A DNA stretch of 64,000 nucleotides, taken from Mobula hypostoma (Eukaryota). Location: NCBI RefSeq assembly GCF_963921235.1, contig NC_086097.1:131008001-131072000 (forward strand), read 5' to 3'. The translations under genes were made by a program, and so were the position numbers. Below the pieces are notes generated by a model that made no database searches, had not been told where the DNA came from, and saw only the letters and a program-made list of their open reading frames with translations. Shown in pieces: positions 1-13,554 of this stretch. Position 1 is the stretch's first letter; each line of letters starts with the position of its first letter.

Positions 1-1125
1 ACAAGGTAATAAGTGAAACCAGGAGGAGGAGGAGGGATGAAGTAAAGAGATGTACAGGGCAGGTGGAGAGGGAATCTGATAGGAACCAACAAAAGTCCAT
101 GGAAGAAAGAAAAGGGGGAGGCACACCAGAGGGAGGTGATGGGCAGGAAAGGAGATCAGGTGAGAGAGGGAAAAGGGATGGGGAATGTTGAAGGGGTGGG
201 GGTGGGTGGTTGTTGGGAAGCATTACTGGAAGTTCAATAAATCGAAGTTCATGCCATCAGGTTGGAGGCTACTCAGACGGAATACAAGGTATTGTTCCAG
301 CAACCTGACAGTGGCCTCATCATGACAGTAGGGGAGGCCATGGAATGACATATTGGAATGGGAATGGGAAGCGGAATTAAAATGGGTGGGCACTGGGAGA
401 TCCCACCTCTTCTGGCGGACTCAGCAAAGCGGTCTTCCAATCTACTTCACAGCTCACCAATATAAAGGAGGCCACAACCGGGAACACCAGATAGAAACAT
501 AGAAAATAGGTGCAGGAGTAGGCCATTCGGCCCTTTCGAGCCTGCACCGCCATTCAGTATGATCATGGCTGATCATCCAACTCAGAACCCCGTACCAGCC
601 TTCCCTCCATACCCCCGATCCCTTTAGCCACAAGGGCCATAGACTCACAGGTGAAGTGTCGCCTCACCTGGAAGGACTGTTTGGGGCCCTGTAAGGTAGT
701 GAGGGAGGCGGTGCAGGGGCAGATGTAGCACTTGTTCTGCTTGCAAGGGTAAGTGCCAGGAGGAAGATCAGTGGAGAGGGACAAATGGACAAGCAAGGAG
801 CGATCCCTGCGGAAAGCAGAAAGTGGGAGGGGGAGGGAAATACAAGTTTGGTGGTGGGATCCCATTCGAGATGGCAGAAGCTCCGGAGAATTATGTGCTG
901 GACGCAGAGGCTGATGGGTGGTAGGTGAAGAGAGAGGAACCTTATCCCTGGTAGGATGCCAGGAGGTTGGGGGAAGAGCAGATATGCAGGAAACGAAAGA
1001 GATGCGGTGGAGGGCAGCGTTAACGGTAGAGGAAGGGGAGCTCCTTTCTTTGAAAAAGGTGTTCTGGAATGAAAAACCTCATCCTGAGAGGAGATGTGGC
1101 AGAGACTAAGGAACTGAGAGAGCAT
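1..1125 (-). mobile_element. Penelope-like retroelement fragment (RT thumb, Cys-rich linker, GIY-YIG, purine-rich 3' UTR), decayed
   Basis: ORF fragments (PPGTYPCKQNKCYICPC..., SQFLSLCHISSQDEVFH) are paralogous to the 21-23.6 kb copy. Runs off the window start. Confidence 0.88.
491..642 (-). mobile_element. Short CR1 3'-end fragment nested in the Penelope copy
   Basis: (atagaaac)n tail plus aggagtaggccattcggccc-tcgagcctgcaccgcc, near-identical to the reverse complement of 12350-12500. Confidence 0.85.
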
Positions 1126-2981
1126 GCATTTGTCTGTATTAATCTCTACCTATTTCTCTGTCCATATTTCTATCTGGCCTATATCCTGCTAAATCTTGAC
1201 AACCTTCTTCACTACCCACAAATGTCAATTTTTGGGCAAGTATAACGTACATTTCAAAAAAGTGTTTAACCTAAAAAAAAAGCAGCTCTTTATTCAAATG
1301 TTGTCATACAAATTTAGAACTAATTCAGAGGGGAAAAAAAATGCTTTGCATCCATGCTAGACTTTCATGCAAATATACCCAAAACCTGCTTTTGGTTTGG
1401 AGCATAAAAGGATAATTAGTCAGATAATAGAAAAATAGCTGAACTGAAAGCAATCTCAGCTTCACATCACTAGCCAAGGTGGAAAACTGATCATATTCTG
1501 TGTGAAGATGTGAACAGAAAGCACAGTTTCTAGAATCATCTCTTGTTTACAAAGGCAAATTTTCTGCAATTGCTCAGCAATTAGAATGTACAGTACTCCA
1601 GAAATTAAACAATTCTAATCATTTACAAGCACATGCCTTCATTCATTCTGGAATGCCTCCTGGCAGCATCAGAATACATTATGTGGAAGTCTGAAAACTG
1701 GCATTTCTCATTGAAATTTTCTGTTACATTCTCAGTGTAGCTAATAGCAGCAGGCCCCAACATAAACCCTATTGCTGCAATATATGACAACAGCTCTGTC
1801 GCTAGGTACACGCAATACCATCTAAAATTAGCCTGCCTGTGATGTCAGCTTAAAGCCAAAGCATTAAAGCTACAGTACTTGGTTTTGAAACCTATACAGC
1901 AAACCATTGAAACCTGGATGTCACCAACATTCTATTCACATATTAGTAGAATGATTTGTTCACTAAATATCTGTGGTTCACAAATAACATACAGAATCCT
2001 GTAAGCCACCACTCAAATGCTTCAATCTATATTCATTTTCACTGGACTCCTAGTCTCAACTTCAAACCCATTTCTAAAGCCAATTTATCAGAAAACTTGA
2101 GGATGCTCCTCCGTGAAGCCGGAAGGACCAAGATAATGCTGTGCAAAAACATACTAGAAAACAGAATTTCTAGTACAATTTACCTTTTTAAACTCCATCC
2201 ACCTAAATATATATTCTCAGCTGTTAAGCAACGAACAGTCAGACACTCTCCCAAGTATTTGAATTTTACAGAGCATTATAACTCTGATACTTCAGTACTG
2301 GATAGCAAATAAATGTATGGCAAAATGCAAATGAGATGAAAATAATGCTATTAGCATGTTAAATTGATTTGATTTTTAAAATGGTCAAGCAAAGCCCTCT
2401 TAACCCTTATAGGATTTGCAGATTTACAATAAAAATAAAGACAACTGAAATGAAAAATCCATAAATCCAGGAAAGCTACTATGAAGGTTCAAATTAAAAC
2501 AGCTAAGCACAAGTGTGCGTTACTTTGGATTTCCAGCATCTGCAGATTTTCTTGTGATTTTGAAGCACTTTAAAGGACTGAAACCTCTGCAAAATTCAGA
2601 ATCTTACGAAAAGAAAGTGACATGCAACAAAACTTTTGTTGCAGCTAGGCTTCCAGGACTATGTTCAATTGGACAAATAGAGGAATTCAGTTTAGGGCCA
2701 AGTCAGTTTAGAGTGGGATAAATAGCTGGTTGAAGCAAATTAGGAACAAGGGATACAGAATAGGATGCCACAATAGGAGGCCAGAATTAGAGGAACACAG
2801 CAGCTCTTTATGGAGGAATGATGCCACAGACAAATGATATTGGGAACATCATACAGGAGCACAATCAGAAACTGAACCTGAATCTCTCAACCAGCATAGA
2901 GATAAATGAGAAAAATTAAACTGGTGAATTAGCATATTGTCAGAGGTATTGAAGTACAGTGAAAATTTTTGTAATACACTA

Positions 2982-5900
2982 TAAGACCATAAGACATAGG
3001 AGCAGAATTAGGCCATTAGGCCCATTGAGTCTGCTCCACCATTCAATCATGGCTGATCCTTTTATTCCTCCCCCTCAACCCCAGCTCCCGGCCTTCTCCC
3101 CCTAACCTTTGATGCCACATCCAATCAAGAACCTATCAATCTCTGCCTTAAATACACCTAACGACCTGGCCTTCACAGCTGTATATAGTAACAAATTCCA
3201 CAAATTCACCATCCTTTGGCTAAAGAAATTTCTCCGCATCTCTGTTTTGAAAGGGTGCCCCTCTGACCTGAGGCTGTGCCCTCTTGTCCAAGCCTCTCCC
3301 ACCATGGGAAACATCCTTTCCACATCTACTCTGTCTACGCCTTTCAACATTCAAAAAGTTTCAATGAAATCCCCCCTCATCCCTCTGAATTCCAGCAAGT
3401 ACAGACCTAGAGCCCAAGGACTCCCAAGTCCCTTTGCATCTGAGATTTTTGGATTTTCTTCCCGTTTAGAAAATAGTTTGCACATTTATTTCTACTACCA
3501 AAGTGCATGACCATGTATTTTCCAACAGTGTATTTCATTTGCCACTTTCTTGCCCATTCTCCTAATCTGTCCAAATCCTTCTACAGCCTGTTTCCTCAAC
3601 ACTACCTGCCCCTTCACCAACCTTCATATCATCTGCAAACCTGGCGACAAAGGCATCTATTCCATCATCTAAATAATTTATATACAGCATAAAATGAAGT
3701 GGTCCCAACTCCGACCCCTGCGGAACACCACTAGTCACTGGCAGCCAACCAGAAAAGGATCCTTTTATTCTCACTCACTGCGTCCTACCAATTAGCCAAA
3801 GCTCTAACCATGTTAGTAACTTTCTTGTAATACCATGGGCTCTTAACCTGGTAAGCAGCCTCATGTGTGGCACCTTGTTAAAGGCCTTCTGAAAGCCCAA
3901 ATATACAACATCCACTGCATCCCCTTTATCTATTCTACGTTTGTACTTGTAATCTCCTCAACGAATTCCAACAATTTCGTCAGGCAGGATTTTCCCTGAA
4001 GGAAACCATGCTGACTTTGTACTATCTTGTCTTGTGTCATTAAGTACTCCATCACCTCATCCTTAACAATTGACTCCCAACCACTGAGGTCAGGCTAACT
4101 GGTCAATAATTTCCTTTCTGCTGCCTTCCTCCTTTCTTAAAGAGTGGAGTAATATTTGCAATTTTCCAGTCCTCTGGCACCATGTCAGAGTCCAATGATT
4201 TTTGAAAGATAATTTCTCATGCCACCACAATCTCTAATGCTACCTCTTTCAGAACCCTCGGGTGCAGTTCATATGGTCCAGGTGACATATTTACCTTTAG
4301 GTCTTTTAGCTTTTTGAGCACCTTCTCTCTTGCAATAGTAAGTGCACCCACTTCTCTTCCTTCATGCACTACATCAGGCATTCTGCTAGTGTCTTCCACA
4401 GTGAAGACTGATGCAAAATACTCATTTAGTTCATCAGCCATCTCCTTGTCCTGTTATTATTTCTCCTTCCTCATTTTCTAGCAGTCCTATGTCCACTCTC
4501 ATTTCTCTTATTTTTAAGAGACTTGAAAAAACTTTTACTATCCACTTTGATAATATTTGCTAGCTTGCTTTCATATTTCATCTTTTCCATTCTAATGATT
4601 TTTTAGTTGCTCTCTGTAGGTTTTTAAAAGCTTCCCAATCCTCTATCTTCCCAGTCATTTTGGCTTTACTGTATGCTCTTTCTTTTGACATCCCCGCCAA
4701 CAGCTCCTTCCAATTTACTTTGGCCAACTCCTCTCTCATACCACTGTAATTTCTCTTACTCCACTGAAATACTGCTACGTCAGACTTTACTTTCTCCCTA
4801 TCAAATTTCAAGTTGAACTCAATCATATTGTGATCACTGGTTCCTATGGGTTCTTTTACCTTCAGCTCCCTAATTGCCTCCGGTTCATTATATAACACCC
4901 AATCCAGTATAGCCGATTCCCTAGTAGGCTCAACGACAAGCTGCTCTAAAAAGCCATCTTTTAGGCATTCAACAAACTCACTCTCTTGAGATCCATTACC
5001 AACCTGATTTTTCCCAATCAATCTGCATGTTAAAATCTCCCATGACTACCATAACATTGTCCTTTTGACTCACCTTTTCTATTTCCTGCTGTAATCTGTT
5101 GTCCCAGTCACTGTTGGGAGACCTTAAAATAAATGCCATCAATGTCCTTTTACCCTTGCAGTTTCTTAACTCAACCCACAAGGATTCAACATCTTCTGAT
5201 CCTATGTCACATCTTTCTACTGATTTGGTGCCATTTTTTACCAGTAGAGCCACACCACCTCCTCTGCCTACCTTCCTATCCCTCTGATATAATTTGTAAC
5301 CTTGGACATTCAACTCCAAACTACAACCATCTTTCAGTCACAATTCAGTGATGGCCACAACATCATACCTGGCAATCCGTAACAGTGCAACAAGATCATC
5401 CACGTTATTTCTTATACTACGCGCAATTAGATACAACACTTTGAGTATCGTATTTGCTATCCTTTCTGATTTTGCACTCCTAATGATTTGATACTCAGCC
5501 TGTTGGCTGCATCTAAGTCCCATCACCTGCCTGCCCTTCCTGACAGTCTGACTGCACACTGTCTTTACTTTTTTTACCATCCATCCTATCCTGAGTCCCT
5601 TCACTCCAGTTCCCACCCCACTGCCAAATTAGATTAAACTCTCCCCAACAGCTCTAACAAACCTGCCCACGATAATATTGGTCTCCCTTGGGTTCAGGTG
5701 CAACCTGTCACTTTTGAACAGGTCATACCTCCCTCAGACGAGATCCCAATGATCCAAGAAACTGAAGCCCTGCCCCCTGCACCAGCTTCTCAGTCACATA
5801 TTTATATGCCAGATCATCCTGTTTCTACCCTCACTGGTGTGTGGCACAGGCAGCAATCCAGAAATTACTACCCGGGAGGTCCTGCTTCTTAGCTTTCTAC

Positions 5901-6990
5901 CTAGCTCTCTATATTCTCTTTTCAGGAACTCATTGCTTTTCCTTCCCATGTCATTAGTACCAATACGTGCCAAGACATCTGGCTGCTCCCTCTCCAAAAT
6001 GTTGCGGACATGATCTGAGACATCCTTGACCCTGACATTTGGGAGGCAACATACTATCCAGGTGTCCCGTTCACATCCACAGAATCTACTGTCTGTTCCT
6101 CTCACTATTGAGTCCCCTATCACGACCGCTCCCTTCTATTCTGTCTTTCTCTTCTGCACCATGGACCCATGCTCAGTGCCTTAACCCTGCTGCCGTGGCA
6201 TTCTCCCAGGAGGTAATCCCTCACAAGTTATCCGAAGCAGTATACTTATTTCTGAGGGGAAAGGCACAGGAGTGCTCTGCTCTGACTACCTATTTCCATT
6301 TCTCCTGACAGTCACCCAGCTACTTGCCTCCGGCAACTTCGGAAAGACTACTTCCCTGCAATTTTGATCAATTATGTCCTCACTCTCCCGTACAAACTGA
6401 AGGTCATCCAGCTGCTGCTCCAGATCCCTAACACAGTCTTCAAGGAGCTGCAACCGGATGCACTTCACACACATGTAGTTCCCCAGGAGACTCTGGGTCT
6501 CCCAGTTCTCCAACATCCAGCATGAAAAACACACCATAGCCATTTAACTGGTACAGTAAGAGGAAAAAAAGATGAAAAGGAAGTCTTAACAGATGCTTTA
6601 CACAAAGCCAACACCTCTTTTTAGCCAAAGCCTGTCAGTTCTACTCTCGCCACTGGCCTACTCCCGCCAACATCCACTCTGCTTATCCCTTCTGTACTTT
6701 TAGTTGGTTCGTAAAATTCTGTTAACACCGCTGATAGGCCCCATACAATGGACAAATGCCCGGAAGTTCTCTTTTTGAATAACTGCTGCCAACCTGCAAG
6801 AAACACCTCCTCTTCGTAAAGCTCTGTTGATGTCACTGATAGGCCCTGTATAAAGGACTAACGTCCACAAAGCTCTCTTTTTAAATAACCACCGCCGACC
6901 TGCGAGAAACACCTCTTCTTCATAGAACTCTGATGACTGATAGGTCCCATACAATGGACAAACGCCTGTGAAGTTCTCTTCTTAAATGCA
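2982..6990 (-). mobile_element. Near-full-length decayed CR1 LINE: 5' UTR repeats, ORF1 (CxxC zinc finger + SGNH esterase), ORF2 (APE endonuclease + RT), with internal deletions
   Basis: ORF1: CFSCWM...CVKCIRLQLLE and IGDSIVRGTD...VCCLP. ORF2: YDVVAITE, VMGDFN, SDHNMIEF, SGVPQGSELGP, FADDMK, RTRGHSL-like. 3' tail (taagacca)n at 2982. Confidence 0.92.
6710..6988. repeat. ~105-bp tandem repeat (~2.6 copies) in the CR1 5' UTR
   Basis: ctgatagg(c/t)cc...aaacacctc(c/t)tcttc recurs at about 6731, 6836 and 6937. Confidence 0.8.
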
Positions 6991-7019
6991 TGCTATCCTT
7001 ACAGACTATTTCATTATAA

Positions 7020-7320
7020 CAGTGTATTGAGTTTGCAAATAGAATTCAGGAAAAAGTGTTAGTTACAGAGAAATTGAAGTGCAAACAGTCAATAAGGTAC
7101 AAGACGACAATAAGGTAGACTGAGAGGTCAAAAGTCCATCTTATCATACAAGTGTTCCATTCAACAGCAGAAGAGGAGCTGTCCTTGAACCTTGTGGTAC
7201 ACATTAACAGGCTTTTGCATCCACTGTCTGATTATGTGGTCTGCTTTACTGAGGCAGTGGGAAGTATAGACAAAATCAATGAAGGGGAAACTGATTGGCG
7301 AGATGCACTGAGGTGTGTCA
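7020..7320 (-). mobile_element. Rex1/Babar-type LINE 3' fragment, old
   Basis: Similar to 57200-57575 and its continuation at 59177-59205 (agctgtccttgaaccttgtggtac...ggcttttg; gaggcag...gaaggggaaactg). Confidence 0.5.
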
Positions 7321-9392
7321 TTCAGGACTCACCAAGGTATGGACAACAGTGTTTTAAATCAGATGAAGTTTAGGGGTGAGGGAAGCAACAAAATTCAAAC
7401 ACAGGGGTTTCTGCAATAGACTAGCTTAGGTAGAGGTTAGGAAGGTAAAAAGAGTTATTAGATATGAAAATATGCAGTTTTAGTAATGGATAACAAACTG
7501 AATTTAAATACAGTAAGTCTTAAATGCAGTTTGTAACACCTTTGAATTAAATATTCTGACATCAAAATGATTCTGATACCTCGAATGCTTAAGATTACTC
7601 TGAAATCACAGTTCAATGGATGATGATCTCTTTCCCTCCTCAATTCGACTGGGGAAGTCTTTTCCATACCCTAACAGAAGACTGATATTAATAGGCAGGA
7701 ATAAATTAATTGTTACTTCTCAGATTCTCCAATCTCTCTTTTCACAAAAAAACAGCTTTCTGTGTTCCAATCTGAATTTCTTGCACATGCCCCATTAAAA
7801 GCACAATTCAACAACATTCTTCCCCAAAATTTCACATGTCAGAGTTCATCTTCCTGATCTTGTGCTTTTAAATTTCAAGTTCAGTATCAACTACTTCACC
7901 AGCCTCTTCTATTATTTTGTCAGTGATCTGATCTAATTCTTGGAGGCTGTGAGAAAAGAAATTCATCTTTAATCAATGGTACCAAACTTCAGTTTCAGCC
8001 ACCAATGTAGTACTCAGCCTCAACATTTAGTTTCACTTAAGTTAATGCAATCTAAATACTGTTGAGACATACAACCAGCAGCAAATTATTTATCTGACTG
8101 ACCTTTTTCAGCCCAAGGTCATCGTTTGACTATCATAGTTTTAGTTCAATACACATCTTTTAGCTACAGCAACACTGAAGAACCAAGAATCCCAAAAAGA
8201 TCTTGAATAATTTCAGCATATTTCCTGGAAATTGCTCATAGAAAAAGATTTTAAAAAATTATTCAAGGAATGCAAACATCTAGTGCATTTATCATACCAC
8301 AGTGATAATAAGAACAACCTCAGAAGTTGTCTCTATTGTAGCTGCAAGCTCCAGACAATAATTGACTGACAAATAGCCTCATACACCTTTACTACTGAAC
8401 ATGCCCTACAGTTAAACAATATTGCAGAAATAAATGTAATCTCCAGTTGTTTCCATTTGATAATATAAAACTGGACTCTAAAACAGCATTTTCTGCTGAA
8501 GAATAACGGGTCAATCAATGAGAGGGTTAATTACGACCTCAACGGGGTTGCAAATCTGCATTTTTCAACTTAATACTTTATAAAGTCCGAGTTCCTACAA
8601 AACAAAGTACTAATAACTATTTGAGGGCAAGAAGGCCACTTCAATGACCAGATTAATCCGTGCTCAGATCTTCACTTTCGCTTCATATGGAAATGACATT
8701 CAATAGTATAATTTCCATATGGACAAAGTGTTTTTGATAACCAAGGAGAAGAAAATCTCATGACAGAGAAATCAATCCATCTTGAAGCCCCTAGAGTACT
8801 GATCTATATATACTATGTATTGCTAATTTCACAAGCTTTAATGGAATTCCAGCTGAGTTAGTTAAAAAACAGTCTATGCATAGTACCATATAATGAAAAA
8901 ACATGATCGTTGTTGATGTTTTGAGTGCACTCAAGGGCCATTTCAGAATATACAGGAACAGAAAGAGGGATGGAGCAAGTCCTTTTTAAGTTGTATGACT
9001 AACAATCAAAAAAAAAATCACAATTTGAGGATAATACTTTTGACAAATTTCAGGTATCAAATAACTCTCCTGCCGATCTATATTAGCACAAATACCCAAA
9101 AGACTAGAAGAGGGTGCTAAAATAAAAACAAAAAGGCTTCAGTGTGTTCTGGAGATCACAGGTCACATAAAGGCTGCAGAGAATATTTATTCTTCCTGCA
9201 GTTGCTTACAGGAATATTCCATCAGGTTCACCCTAATAGCATGAAGAGAATTCTCAACATAATGCTTGATGTGTTTAAAATATTAAATAATAATGGAAGC
9301 CCAAATCACATGTTTTTCTCGAAATAATCTCAAATACCACATTTATGTCTTCTTAAAAGAAAATCCACAATCAAAGTTGGAACTATAATGAT

Positions 9393-10075
9393 CAGGAGGA
9401 GGAGAAGATGACGGCGTGATGCAGCTTGCGCGGCCACTCCGGTGAATGATATCTGTAATCTGTCAAGTAGGATGCCGCGCACAATCCTGATTTGATGGAG
9501 ACAGACATGAGAGAATGGAGGAACATCTGGAGAAACTTCAGAAATGCCTTTATCACTGCCGCTGTTACTGTGTGATCCAGAATCTCCGAAGGGGTAGGCC
9601 CCAAATCCTCAGCTTTGCTTGTTGCTCAGCGGCCGGGACAGGGTCAAAGCGCTCGGCAGACAGAGATGGTGCTCGGTGTCAAAGGGCTGGTCGGAGGCTC
9701 AAAGTTTTCAGACGGACTCAGAGTCGGCTGTGGTCGGGCGCTTCCAATGCATCGACAGTTGTCGGTGCCTGGTGGTTTATGGCAGAGAGTTTCTCCCTTC
9801 TGCCGCCTGCTATCCGGGACTATCAGGAGTCAAGCGGAACTGAGACTTCTTTTACCGTTCCCATGGTCTGCTCTTTATCAAATTATGGTATTGCTTTGCA
9901 CTGCTGTAACTATATGTTATAATTATGTGGTCTTGTCAGTGTTAGTCTTTGGTTTGTCTTGTTTTTTTTTGTGATATCACTCTGGAGGAACATTGTATCA
10001 TTTCTTAATGCATGCATGCATTTCTAAATGACAATAAATGAGGACTGAGTGCCCTCATAATCTAATCTAATCTAA
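9393..10075 (+). mobile_element. ~680-bp non-autonomous LINE-derived retroelement (GC/CpG-rich head, LINE-like tail)
   Basis: 5' GGAGGAGAAGATGACGGCG head; CpG-rich body with no credible ORF; 3' caataaa, small hairpin atgaggac-tgagt-gccctcat and (aatct)3 tail. Confidence 0.65.
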
Positions 10076-11212
10076 AAATGCAATGTAGAAGATTAAATAC
10101 ATGTAACTATTTTTCCCCAATACAAATTGACAAGAATTCATGTCAACAGCATTTGACATCACCAAGACCTTTTAATTCCACCATCTCTCACCATACTGAT
10201 CTCTTCCTAGGAAGAAAAAGTTGCATCCTAGCCAATACTTCATATATGGAGAAAGATGGCAGCAACCTGACCTCCCTAAGAACATTCAAATGTCTCAAAG
10301 GCTATTACACCTCATCCATGACTGCATATATTAAAATGTGTGAACTGATTGGAAGGTTTTCAAGATTACATAATACATAAAAGTGTGCCATTGAGTTAAA
10401 TGTGAGGAAGACAGAAAAAATGAAAGAACTTAATGGAGTAAAATTTCACTGACTTCCTGCAATTCACATTTTCTTTCAATATAATGGCGAAAATACCAAA
10501 AGTGACTTCTAAGGGCACCAGAATACAATTCTAAAATTGCCACACAGCAAATATTCTTCATTTCAGAACATAAAATTGGATTAATAATCTGAATACGTTG
10601 TTATACCTATTATATATGACTGGAAATTTTAAAAGCAATCACAAACAATTACTGACTCATTGATTAATTTACAAGCTTAAATCTTTCCAGATTTCTATCA
10701 AGATTTGAAAAAGTAAATTACATTGGCATACTTTTGGAGTATGTGCTGACATGTGACTGTTGTTTAATAAGTAATAAAATATTACTTTTACTAATAAAAG
10801 GTCATTTGCTTTCAAATACCTTTGAGTGATTTAGAAGATTAAATACATTGCTCGACGTATGAAAATGAAACAAAACATTTGACAAACTCCTGGTTCTTAT
10901 TTACAGCAATGCACACTGACATTTAAAGCATGGAAAGGTGCAGGTGTGACTTTTGAAAACAGAGCAAGATGTTCTAGCCTACTCAAATTAACTGCTGAAA
11001 ATTAAAGCCTAGTCTTATGCCATTGAAAGGCACTCAATTCTCAACCCAAGCTCCAAGTTACAAACATATTGCATAAGTCAAACCTAAGTACCCACTTCTT
11101 GGCTTCCCTGGATATCAGCAATTTCAAAATTCTGGGATAACATTGGCAAAACTTGCATTTACTGTCCCAATTCTACCTTTTCCCTGAACTGAGTGAGTTG
11201 CTGAACCATTTC

Positions 11213-11735
11213 CACAAGACCTTAAGACATAGGAGCAAAATTGGGCCATTTGGCCTATCGAGTCTTCTCTACCAATCAATCATGGCTGATTTATTTTCCC
11301 TCTCAACCCCATTCTCCCCATAGCCTTTAACGCCCCTACTAATTAAGAACTTATCAAACTCCACTTTAAATATACCCAGTGAGTTGGCCTCAAGAGCCAC
11401 CAGTAGCAATGAATTTCACAGATTCACCACCCTTGCTCTGCAGAAATTCCTCCTCGTCTGTTCTAAAGAAACACCTTCTATTCTGCAGCTCTGACAGTAG
11501 ACTCACCCACTATTTGAAATATCCTCTCAATGTCCACTGTATTTAGGACCTTCAAAATTCAGCAGGTTCCAATGAGATCCCCTCCATTGTTCTAAACTCC
11601 AGCGAGTACAGTCCGAGACTCATCAAATGTTCCTTATATATTAACCCTTCCATTCCTAGGATCATTCTCATAAACCTCCTCTCAGCCCTCTCCTATGCCA
11701 GTATATCCTTTCTTAGATATGGGGCCAAAAACTAA
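11213..11735 (-). mobile_element. CR1 3' fragment (old)
   Basis: taagacataggagcaaaattgggccatt 3' terminus and RT C-terminal DNA similar to 2982-3410. Confidence 0.85.
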
Positions 11736-11749
11736 CCAATAAGCTCCTA

Positions 11750-13530
11750 ACCCTTGACCTCAATATGTCCTCGTGCAATTAGATCCTCGATTTCCTCACT
11801 TGCAAATCCCAGTCAGCTCAGATTGGCAACATTAGCAGGCAGTGAAAAAGGCGAATGGTATGCTGGCATTTATAGCGAGAGGATTCGAGTACAGGAGCAG
11901 GGAGGTACTACTGCAGTTGTACAAGGCCTTGGTGAGACCACACCTGGAGTATTGTGTGCAGTTTTGGTCCCTTAATCTGAGGAAAGACATCCTTGCCATA
12001 GAGGGAGTACAAAGAAGGTTCACCAGATTGATTCCTGGGATGGCAGGACTTTCATATGAAGAAAGACTGGATGGACTGGGCTTGTACTCATTGGAATTTA
12101 GAAGATTGAGGGGGGATCTGATTGAAACGTATAAGATCCTAAAGGGATTGGACAGGCTAGATGCAGGAAGATTGTTCCCGATGTTCGGGAAGTCCAGAAC
12201 GAGGGGCCACAGTTTGAGGATAGAGGGGAAGCCTTTTAGGACCGAGATTAGGAAAAACTTCTTCACACAGAGAGTGGTGAATCTGTGGAATTCTCTGCCA
12301 CAGGAAACAGTTGAGGCCAGTTCATTGGCTATATTTAAGAGGGAGTTAGATATGGCCCTTGTGGCTACGGGGGTCAGGGGGTATGGAGGGAAGGCTGGGG
12401 CGGGGTTCTGAGTTGGATGATCAGCCATGATCACAATAAATGGCGGTGCAGGCTCGAAGGGCCAAATGGCCTACTCCTGCACCTATTTTCTATGTTTCTA
12501 TTTCCACAATTTCCATCAGTACAGGTGAACCACAAAGTTGTGAGCTTAGGCCCCTGCCCAACTCGCTTTACGCTTATGACTGTGTACCTAAACACAGCTT
12601 CAATGCCATATCCAAGCTTGCATACGACACCACTGTCATAGGCCAAATCAAAGGTAGTGATGAATCCACATATAGGAGGGAGATTGAAAATCTGGCTGAG
12701 TGGTGCCATAACAACTTCTTACTCAATGTCAGCAAAACCAGAGAGCTGATTATTGACTTCAGGAGAAGAAACCAGAGGTCCATGAACCAATCCTTAGAGG
12801 ATGAGAGGTGGAGAGGGTCAGCAACTTTTTCTAAAGGACCTGCGACGGCCCAGTGCACAAGTGTAATTATGAAGAGAGAATGGCAGCGTCTCTACTTCCT
12901 TAGGAGTTTGTGGAGATTCTGCATGATATCTAAAAACTTCAACAAACTTCTATAACTATGTAGTCGAGGGCATATTGACTGGCTGCATCACAACCCGGTC
13001 TGGAAACAAAATCCTACAAAAAGTATTGGATACTGCCCTGTCCAACACTGATAAAGCCCTCCCAACCACTGAGCACATCTACATGAAACAATATTGCAGG
13101 AAAGCAGCATTCATCATCAGGGATCCCATCACCCAAGACATGCTCTCTTGTTGCTGCTGCCATCAGGAAGCTGGTGCAGAAGCCTCAGCACTCTAACCAC
13201 CAGGTTCAGAACCATTACTATCCTTCATCCAGCAGGCTCTTGAAACAAAGGGAATAACTTCACTCCACATTCGTCATAGAAATGTTCCCACCACCAATGG
13301 ACTCACCTTCAAGGACTCTTCATTTCATGTTCTTGATATTTATTGCTTATTAATTCATTAATATTTCATCATTTTCTACTTGCACTCTGAACACACTAAT
13401 TGGACAGTTTCATTGATTCTGTTCTGGTTATTATTCTATAGATTTGTTGAGTGTGCCCACAAGAAAATGAACCTCAGTGTTGTATTTAGTGATATAAATG
13501 TACTTAGAAAAATTTGCTTGAACTTTGAAA
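11750..13530 (+). mobile_element. Rex1/Babar-type LINE 3' half (RT fragment), interrupted by a younger CR1
   Basis: Translation YAYDCVPKH...AYDTTVIGQIKGSDESTYRREIENLAEWCHNNFLLNVSKTRELIIDFRR is typical of Rex1/Babar RT. Colinear with 47755-48880. Tail ttgaactttgaa. Confidence 0.82.
11834..12501 (+). mobile_element. Young 5'-truncated CR1 (open RT C-terminal ORF 11842-12411 + 3' UTR)
   Basis: KKANGMLAFIARGFEYRSREVLLQLYKALVRPHLEYCVQFW...RTRGHSLRI. Tail (tttctatg)n. The Rex1 sequence resumes on both sides. Confidence 0.92.
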
Positions 13531-13554
13531 ATTACTCACAATATTCCAAATGCA

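Noticed and set aside
1956..2312. 118-aa ORF in unique DNA
   Set aside because: Non-ATG start, no recognisable motif, antisense within an intron.
9515..9974. Overlapping ORFs and apparent CpG island as ATP9B exon 1 or promoter
   Set aside because: Lies downstream of exon 2 in transcript orientation, has no ATP9B similarity and ends in a retroelement tail.
11832..12434. 200-aa minus-strand ORF
   Set aside because: Antisense shadow of the CR1 RT frame.
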